From: an uncultured Kordia sp.
GTDB taxonomy: Bacteria > Bacteroidota > Bacteroidia > Flavobacteriales > Flavobacteriaceae
Length of the DNA stretch: 64,000 nucleotides
Direction of reading: 5' to 3'
Assembly: GCA_964351775.1 (NCBI GenBank)
Contig: CAYGPQ010000005.1
Span: 3,640 to 67,639 of the forward strand
Position 1 is the stretch's first letter. Each line of letters starts with the position of its first letter. The notes under the pieces are model-generated. The model was given only the letters and a program-made list of their open reading frames with translations. It did no database searches and had not been told where the DNA came from. The position numbers were made by a program, and so were the translations under genes. This document shows positions 57,576 to 64,000 of the stretch, in pieces.

Positions 57576-59525
57576 ATGAGCAACAGTAAAAAAACATGGT
57601 ATAAAGTTTTAGACAATAGAAAAAAATTACCTGAAGGAAGGGTACAAACCGTTACCGCCGGTCACCAAAGTATTTGTTTGACACATTTTAAAGGAAAATT
57701 TTCTGCCTTAGACAATAAGTGTCCACATCAAGGTGGTCCTTTGGGAGAAGGTTCTATTGAAAATGGTATGTTACGCTGTCCATGGCATGGTTGGGATTTT
57801 GACCCTTGCACAGGAAACTCTGATGGTGGATTTGATGATGGTGTTAAAACATTTGAAATTAAAGAAGAAAATGAAAAAATATATGTAGGAATCCCAGACG
57901 AGAAACCACATAAAGAAACCATTTCTGATGTGATGATTGAAACCATGGTAAATTGGGGAGTCAATACTGTTTTTGGAATGGTAGGTCATAGTAATCTTGG
58001 CGTTGCAGATGCAATGAAACGACAAGAAGAAAAAGGAAAATTGAAGTTTTTTGGTATTCGTCATGAAGGCGCTGCAGCATTTGCAGCTTCTGGATATGCC
58101 AAGTTAACAGGTAAACCTGCAGCCTGTTTTGGGATTGCAGGTCCTGGTGCAACAAATATGTTTACAGGAATGTGGGATGCTAAAGTAGATAGAGCACCTA
58201 TGTTAGCCTTGTCGGGGCAAGTTAATACTCAAGTTCTTGGTACTGGAGCATTTCAGGAAGTCGATTTGGTGAAAGCCTTTGATAGTGTTGCCACATTTAA
58301 TCATGCAGTGAATCTTAATTCTAATCATAGCGAATTAATGTCCTTAGCCATAAAATCGGCTTTGATTAAAAGAGAGGTATCGCACTTAACATTTCCAGAC
58401 GAGGTAGCTTTCACTCAAAAACCCAAACATGCAAAACCACAAACTTCAGAAAATAGAATCACACCCTTTACTATTTCACCGCCAAAAGAAATGGTAGATA
58501 ATGCTGTGGATTTAATTTCCAAATCCAAAAGACCTATCATTATTGTTGGTCATGGTGCACGATTTCAAATGGAATCTATTATTGCTTTCGCGGAAAAGCT
58601 TAAATGCCCAGTTATTACAACATTTAAAGGAAAGGGATTAATAGCAGATAATCACCCTTTAGGCTGTGGTGTGCTCGGACGTAGTGGTACACCAATAGCC
58701 TCTTGGTTTATGAATGAAAGTGATTTAATTATGGTGTTTGGCGCATCATTTTCAAATCATACAGGTATTACGCCAAAGAAGCCAATTATTCAAGTTGATT
58801 TTGACCCAATGGCATTGAGTAAGTTTCATAAAATTGATGTTGCTTTATGGGGAGAGCTATCCGAAACAATCAAAGTTTTAGATACGAAGACTACGAATAA
58901 AACAAATACGATAGACCAAAGACCTGAAATTGAAAAACGATGGCAAATTTGGAAAGCTGAAAAAAAGAGTCGATTAAACGATTGCGGTGATGGCTTAAGT
59001 TCTATTTCTGTATTTGATGCTATGAATAAAGTGACACCAGAAAATGCAGTTATAGCTGTTGATGTTGGCAACAACACTTATTCTTTCGGTCGATATTTTG
59101 AACCAAAAAATCAATCCATACTCATGTCTGGTTATTTAGGTTCTATAGGCTTTGCATTACCGGCTGCCATGGGAGCATGGGCTGCAGAAGGTCATAAAAG
59201 ACCCATTTGGTCAGTTTCGGGTGATGGAGGCCTTGGTCAATATCTAGCAGAAATAAATACACTCGTAAAATACGATATGAACATTAAGCATATTGTGCTT
59301 AACAATTCAGAATTAGGTAAAATTTCCAAAGAACAACGTGCTGCGGAAGTTGATGTTTGGCAAACGTCTTTGAGTAATCCAAACTTTGCAAAATATGCAG
59401 AAAATTGTGGTGCTTTAGGAATGAGGGTAGAGAAATTATCAGAATTATTACCTGCAATGCAGAAACTTAATAAACATAATGGACCTGCTTTACTCGAAGT
59501 AATCACAGATGTTAATCTTATATAA
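57576..59525 (+). CDS. Rieske domain fused to a ThDP/FAD-dependent pyruvate-oxidase/AHAS-like enzyme
   Basis: CPHQGG...CPWHGW; RHEGAAAFAA, GPGATN, GDGG...NN ThDP motif. Confidence 0.9.
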   Translation: MSNSKKTWYKVLDNRKKLPEGRVQTVTAGHQSICLTHFKGKFSALDNKCPHQGGPLGEGSIENGMLRCPWHGWDFDPCTGNSDGGFDDGVKTFEIKEENEKIYVGIPDEKPHKETISDVMIETMVNWGVNTVFGMVGHSNLGVADAMKRQEEKGKLKFFGIRHEGAAAFAASGYAKLTGKPAACFGIAGPGATNMFTGMWDAKVDRAPMLALSGQVNTQVLGTGAFQEVDLVKAFDSVATFNHAVNLNSNHSELMSLAIKSALIKREVSHLTFPDEVAFTQKPKHAKPQTSENRITPFTISPPKEMVDNAVDLISKSKRPIIIVGHGARFQMESIIAFAEKLKCPVITTFKGKGLIADNHPLGCGVLGRSGTPIASWFMNESDLIMVFGASFSNHTGITPKKPIIQVDFDPMALSKFHKIDVALWGELSETIKVLDTKTTNKTNTIDQRPEIEKRWQIWKAEKKSRLNDCGDGLSSISVFDAMNKVTPENAVIAVDVGNNTYSFGRYFEPKNQSILMSGYLGSIGFALPAAMGAWAAEGHKRPIWSVSGDGGLGQYLAEINTLVKYDMNIKHIVLNNSELGKISKEQRAAEVDVWQTSLSNPNFAKYAENCGALGMRVEKLSELLPAMQKLNKHNGPALLEVITDVNLI

Positions 59526-59537
59526 ACTAAAAAATAG

Positions 59538-59927
59538 ATGAAAATGTTACAAAATTTACAAAATGGAATAGCTGCGCAAGGCTATGATGTGGTATCGTTC
59601 TTTAACGGTAAACCAAAAAAAGGGGATGCAGTTTATGCGTCTACACATAACGAAGCAAAATATCTTTTTTCCTCTATAGAAAACAAGGAATTATTTGAAA
59701 CGTCACCAGAAAGTTACGCACCTCAATATGGTGGATTCTGTGCTATAGCCATGTCTGAAGACAAGCAGGTAAATCCTAATCCTAAAAGTTGGGAAGTTAG
59801 AGATGGAAAGTTGTACTTCTTTACGCGTATGCTTTTCGGGATTATTGATGCCAAACGTCAATGGATAAAAGACCCTGAACTTAAAAGAAGTCTTGCAGAC
59901 GCAGCATGGGAAAAGATGAATAGCTAA
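59538..59927 (+). CDS. YHS-domain protein
   Basis: GYDVVSF, PESYAPQYGGFCA. Confidence 0.85.
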   Translation: MKMLQNLQNGIAAQGYDVVSFFNGKPKKGDAVYASTHNEAKYLFSSIENKELFETSPESYAPQYGGFCAIAMSEDKQVNPNPKSWEVRDGKLYFFTRMLFGIIDAKRQWIKDPELKRSLADAAWEKMNS

Positions 59928-60023
59928 TTACAACGATTATACGCTAAAGGATGAATTTTAAAACAATACTGTATATATATAAGAACAGATGTTAACATAA
60001 ACAAATAGCACTATGTATCTTTG

Positions 60024-60662
60024 ATGAAGACTGAAAAATATAAATATTTAGTAGCCCTAATCTGTGTTTTCAACTTTTTGTTGACACCTCTTCATATTTC
60101 TATTCTTAACATAAACCCTGCTTTAATTGTCGTTATAAATTATAGCAGTGTAATTTTTAGCAGTGCGCTAATTGCTAAAAAAAACAGGGTTAAATGGATA
60201 ACTTATTTCTTAGGTGTTTTAACCTTGCTATTCATTGGGCTAGAATTTAGCAATACAAACTCAAATACTATATTGAGTTGCCGATTGCTGTTTTCATTTA
60301 TGCTTTTTAGCTTATTTGGCATTATACTATTCAGGCAAATTCGTATAATAAAACAAATTAATTTTCAATTTATTTTAGGTCCAATTCTGGGCTTTCTATA
60401 TTTAGGAATACTCGGAGGTATTCTATTTGAAACGATTCATTTTTTTGACCAATCTTCGTTTAATCTAATTACTAATTTTTCTGGTTATAGTTTCTACTAT
60501 TTCAGCTTTATAAGTATTACAACCGTTGGTTATGGTGATATTACACCTGCTTCAGAACCTGCTCAGGCACTTACTTTAGTTATGAATATTATTGGTCAAT
60601 TCTATTTAGCCATTGTGATTGGTGTCTTTGTTGGAAAATATATTAATGTAAAATCAAATTAA
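60024..60662 (+). CDS. Potassium channel family protein
   Basis: TTVGYGD selectivity filter. Confidence 0.9.
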   Translation: MKTEKYKYLVALICVFNFLLTPLHISILNINPALIVVINYSSVIFSSALIAKKNRVKWITYFLGVLTLLFIGLEFSNTNSNTILSCRLLFSFMLFSLFGIILFRQIRIIKQINFQFILGPILGFLYLGILGGILFETIHFFDQSSFNLITNFSGYSFYYFSFISITTVGYGDITPASEPAQALTLVMNIIGQFYLAIVIGVFVGKYINVKSN

Positions 60663-60667
60663 ATTAA

Positions 60668-61912
60668 ATGTTTCAGTCTTTTAGTATCATCTTTTCAATT
60701 GCAGTCATTTTTAGTTTAGTCAATTACAAATGGATAAAACTTCCCAATACCATTGCATTACTGCTATTAAGCTTAATTACTGTATTTCTTATCATAGTCA
60801 GTAAAGATATCCTTCCTAATGTCTATACTTTTTTCTGTGATATTGTTACCAATGCTGACTTTAAAACGCTTTTAATTGATGGCCTGTTGAGCTTTCTTCT
60901 TTTTGCTGGAGCACTTCATGTAAATCTAAGTTCCTTAAAAAAAGAACGAAAATCGGTTTTTCTATTTGCAACAATTGGTGTACTCATTTCAACAGCTTTA
61001 GTTGGAGTACTAACATATTATATCGGAAAACTTTTCGTGATTGATTTACCAATTATTCATGCCTTACTTTTTGGCGCATTGATATCACCAACAGACCCTA
61101 TTGCAGTAATGGCGATACTCAAAAAAACCAAAATTTCTGAAAGTCTAAATATTAAAATTGAAGGCGAATCCTTATTCAACGATGGTATTGGTGTTGTTGT
61201 CTTTTCTGGATTATTGGTCATTGCCAATATGACTAAAACTATGGAAGTCAACGAGATTAGTTCAGAATTAATTATGCTTTTTATTGAAGAAGTTCTCGGA
61301 GGTTTAGCCTTCGGATTTGCCATTGGGTTTATTGGATTGAATGCCATTAAAAGTGTAAAGGAGAATGTAAACCTAGCTGTAATGATAACCTTGGCAGTTG
61401 TTCTGGGTGGTTATGCGATTGCTTCAATGCTTCATCTGTCTGGACCACTAGCAATGGTTGTTGCAGGACTGTTTATTGGTCACAACATTCATATTGATGC
61501 ACTCAATCAAAGTAAACTTCAAGAAAGTATTAATGAATTTTGGGAAATTTTGGATACTATATTTAACGGTATTCTCTTTGTCCTCATTGGTTTGTCAATT
61601 CATTTATTACAATACAATGTGTCTTATCTGCTTCTAGGATTAGTGAGCGTTCTGGTCATTTTATGTTCACGATACATTTCTGTACTTATTCCCTATTCCC
61701 TTTTAAAACATAAAGAACAAAGCGTAAAGAAAACAGTTGCAGTACTCACTTGGGGAGGCTTAAGAGGTGGAATTTCCATTGCGCTTGCGCTCGGTCTTGA
61801 TAATGATTTATCAGGAAACTTGATTCTATACCTTACTTATACTGTGGTATTGTTTTCAATTTTAGTTCAAGGATTATCAATAGGCGCCTTAGTCAAAAAA
61901 CTTTATCAATAG
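60668..61912 (+). CDS. CPA1 Na+/H+ antiporter (NhaP-like)
   Basis: ISPTDPIAV, EGESLFNDG, WGGLRG. Confidence 0.93.
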   Translation: MFQSFSIIFSIAVIFSLVNYKWIKLPNTIALLLLSLITVFLIIVSKDILPNVYTFFCDIVTNADFKTLLIDGLLSFLLFAGALHVNLSSLKKERKSVFLFATIGVLISTALVGVLTYYIGKLFVIDLPIIHALLFGALISPTDPIAVMAILKKTKISESLNIKIEGESLFNDGIGVVVFSGLLVIANMTKTMEVNEISSELIMLFIEEVLGGLAFGFAIGFIGLNAIKSVKENVNLAVMITLAVVLGGYAIASMLHLSGPLAMVVAGLFIGHNIHIDALNQSKLQESINEFWEILDTIFNGILFVLIGLSIHLLQYNVSYLLLGLVSVLVILCSRYISVLIPYSLLKHKEQSVKKTVAVLTWGGLRGGISIALALGLDNDLSGNLILYLTYTVVLFSILVQGLSIGALVKKLYQ

Positions 61913-61915
61913 CCT

Positions 61916-62797
61916 ATGAAATTTTATACAATTCTTGTTATCCTTTTAATGTTAACCTCGCTGAAAAGTTTTGCACAGTTCAGCGATTTAGCAAGAATTG
62001 ATTATACCATCATACCAAGTGGAGATTCGAGTATAGAATACAATCGGTTGAGAGTGTTGTTCAACTATCCAATTAAATTGAAAAAAGAAAGTACCTATCT
62101 CTTTTTAGGTGTTGACTATAGTAATATCAACTTAACTATAGACGAGGACATATCAATAAATAAGGATGAACTTGACGGCTTTCAGCTGCTCGATTTCAAT
62201 ATTGGTTATACAACACCCTTGAAAAACGATTGGCGATTAGGTGCAAGACTTACACCAGGTTTTAGTTCAAATCTTACCGCAAAAGAATTAGGCATTAAAG
62301 ACATTGTAATTTCGGCAGACCTTGTTTTTATTAAGGACAAGACAAACGATGATGCACAATTAAAACCTTGGCGATTGATCTTGGGTGTTTCTTATTCTGG
62401 TAACAGAGGGTTTCCGTACCCATTACCATTTATAAGTTATTATAAAAAAATTCATCATAGATGGTCCTATAATTTGGGTATTCCGAAAACCAATTTGCAA
62501 TATCATTTTTCAGAAACACATAGCCTAAAACTCTATACCGAAATTGATGGATTCACATCCAACCTTCAGCAAGGCGTTTTAATAGACAATAAAGAAGCCG
62601 AAAGCATAAATATGTCATTAATTATTGGTGGAATCCAATATGAATATCACATTACTAATCACATTCAATTTTATGCAAAAGCATCATATATCATCAATCA
62701 TAATGTAAACTTACGCGATGGCAAAAGAAAAAATATCATTGATTTAGACGACAGCAACACCAGTTATTTCAGAACAGGAATTAGACTTAAAATATAA
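61916..62797 (+). CDS. Outer-membrane beta-barrel protein (DUF6268-like)
   Basis: Signal peptide, PYPLPFISY motif, amphipathic C-terminal strand. Confidence 0.7.
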   Translation: MKFYTILVILLMLTSLKSFAQFSDLARIDYTIIPSGDSSIEYNRLRVLFNYPIKLKKESTYLFLGVDYSNINLTIDEDISINKDELDGFQLLDFNIGYTTPLKNDWRLGARLTPGFSSNLTAKELGIKDIVISADLVFIKDKTNDDAQLKPWRLILGVSYSGNRGFPYPLPFISYYKKIHHRWSYNLGIPKTNLQYHFSETHSLKLYTEIDGFTSNLQQGVLIDNKEAESINMSLIIGGIQYEYHITNHIQFYAKASYIINHNVNLRDGKRKNIIDLDDSNTSYFRTGIRLKI

Positions 62798-62807
62798 AAC
62801 AACGATT

Positions 62808-63434
62808 ATGGATGATAAACAAAAAAAGAAGGAAGAAGATAAATATCTTATGAACGAGCTCAATCTAGATAAAGCTGGTCTTAAGGATTTAAAGAAAAAA
62901 TTGGCTAAAATTTCACCAAGATCAGAACGTGGTGTTGAGACCCTTTTTAGGTTACTTTCAAAAAATCAATATACGCTCAATACCATGATTGATACAAAGT
63001 CTAATATTTTAATTTCTATTAATGCTTTGATAATTTCGTTAATTCTTGGTACAGTAATGAGTCAGTTCGATACTGACCCGCACCTCATCTATCCTGTAAT
63101 GATGATTCTAATTACAAATTTGGCATCTATAACATTTGCCATTTTTGCAACAAGACCAGAACTGTTTCATGGCAATAAAACTAGCAATAATATCATGTTC
63201 TATGGTAATTTTCAGTATATGGACGAAAATGAATATGTAGAGAATATCATCACATTGATGCATCAAGGTGACGAACTTTACAGAACCATTGCAAAAGACA
63301 CGTTTCATTTAGGCAAAACGATTGATAGGAAATTTAAACTACTAAGGCGCTCGTTCAATATTTTTTTGATAGGTATCATCCTATCTGTTCTAGCCTTTGT
63401 AGGCTGTCATGCCTTATTTGGTGGGTTTATTTAA
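62808..63434 (+). CDS. Pycsar effector-family (DUF5706) membrane protein
   Basis: RGVETLFR...DTKSNILISIN, FAIFATRP, FYGNF, LGK...RKFKLLR..FNIF; three TM segments. Confidence 0.8.
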   Translation: MDDKQKKKEEDKYLMNELNLDKAGLKDLKKKLAKISPRSERGVETLFRLLSKNQYTLNTMIDTKSNILISINALIISLILGTVMSQFDTDPHLIYPVMMILITNLASITFAIFATRPELFHGNKTSNNIMFYGNFQYMDENEYVENIITLMHQGDELYRTIAKDTFHLGKTIDRKFKLLRRSFNIFLIGIILSVLAFVGCHALFGGFI

Positions 63435-63457
63435 TGTGTCATCTTCAAATTTGAATT

Positions 63458-63973
63458 ATGAAAACCTTGTTTAGAAATTATTTATTATTGCTTTTCTGCA
63501 CTTCTTCTTTTGCACAATTGATAAGCGAAAAGAGAATTAGAACTAATGAAATTCCAAAAAGAATCGAGCAAACTGTTAATGAAAAATACCCAAAGGCAAA
63601 ATCTAAATTTTACAAATTAATTACAAAAGATTCAACGTATTATGAAGTAAGACTAAAAAAGGATAAAGAAGTTCTGCTCTTAGTATTTAACGAAGAATAT
63701 GTTCTTCTTAAGTCTAATAGGCTCATTGATTTTAATAGAATTACTAGAGATATTAGAAAAAAGATTCATAAAGACTTAGATAGTCGTTTTACCAGATATA
63801 GAATCATTTCTTGTGAAAAACATAACGTACATAATTCAATTTTTTATGAAGTAAAAATTATCGCTAGGGAAAAATCCCTTAAACGTAAAATGCTTTTTTT
63901 ATATAATTCTGAAGGGGGTTTTGAAAGTTATAAAGCATTAGACAACAAACCTCTAAGTCCAATTTTTCACTAA
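63458..63973 (+). CDS. Secreted PepSY-like repeat protein
   Basis: Signal peptide; IP...V...KYP...YEV repeated twice. Confidence 0.55.
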   Translation: MKTLFRNYLLLLFCTSSFAQLISEKRIRTNEIPKRIEQTVNEKYPKAKSKFYKLITKDSTYYEVRLKKDKEVLLLVFNEEYVLLKSNRLIDFNRITRDIRKKIHKDLDSRFTRYRIISCEKHNVHNSIFYEVKIIAREKSLKRKMLFLYNSEGGFESYKALDNKPLSPIFH

Positions 63974-64000
63974 TTATGAAAAAAAATATTGTAGTCATAA

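Noticed and set aside
26080-63308. Numerous 60-120 aa antisense or nested ORFs in the track
   Set aside because: They lie within or overlap well-supported long genes and lack independent signals

Overview
AT-rich Bacteroidota (Flavobacteriaceae, Kordia-like by gene content; inference) chromosomal window with four zones. (1) 1-8.5 kb: a MATE transporter, a TPR-AraC regulator and a zinc metalloprotease surround six short peptide-precursor genes, two of them missing from the ORF track. Four form a tandem array of double-glycine-leader, Cys-rich peptides built from duplicated hairpin + 5'-leader cassettes. (2) 8.6-17.2 kb: core genes purC, phoH, SAM hydrolase, gldF, gldG, dnaN. (3) 17.5-25.5 kb: a small integrative element. 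It carries a large serine recombinase preceded by a catalytically dead copy of its own catalytic domain, and a ~3.6 kb mostly non-coding region with five copies of a 35-bp promoter-like motif (3 leftward, 2 rightward), a 23-bp palindrome array and two paralogous 75-aa membrane peptides. IS scars and a degenerate 3' half of an initiator tRNA follow. (4) 25.8-64 kb: two divergent gene blocks flank two paralogous two-component systems. One is a 16-gene glucose-oxidation/alpha-glucan cluster; the other is a Rieske-fusion/transporter cluster with an orphan Pycsar-type effector. One palindrome (TCATTR-N4-YAATGA) lies upstream of both blocks and of the second regulator. All calls come from reading motifs by eye; no database searches were run.
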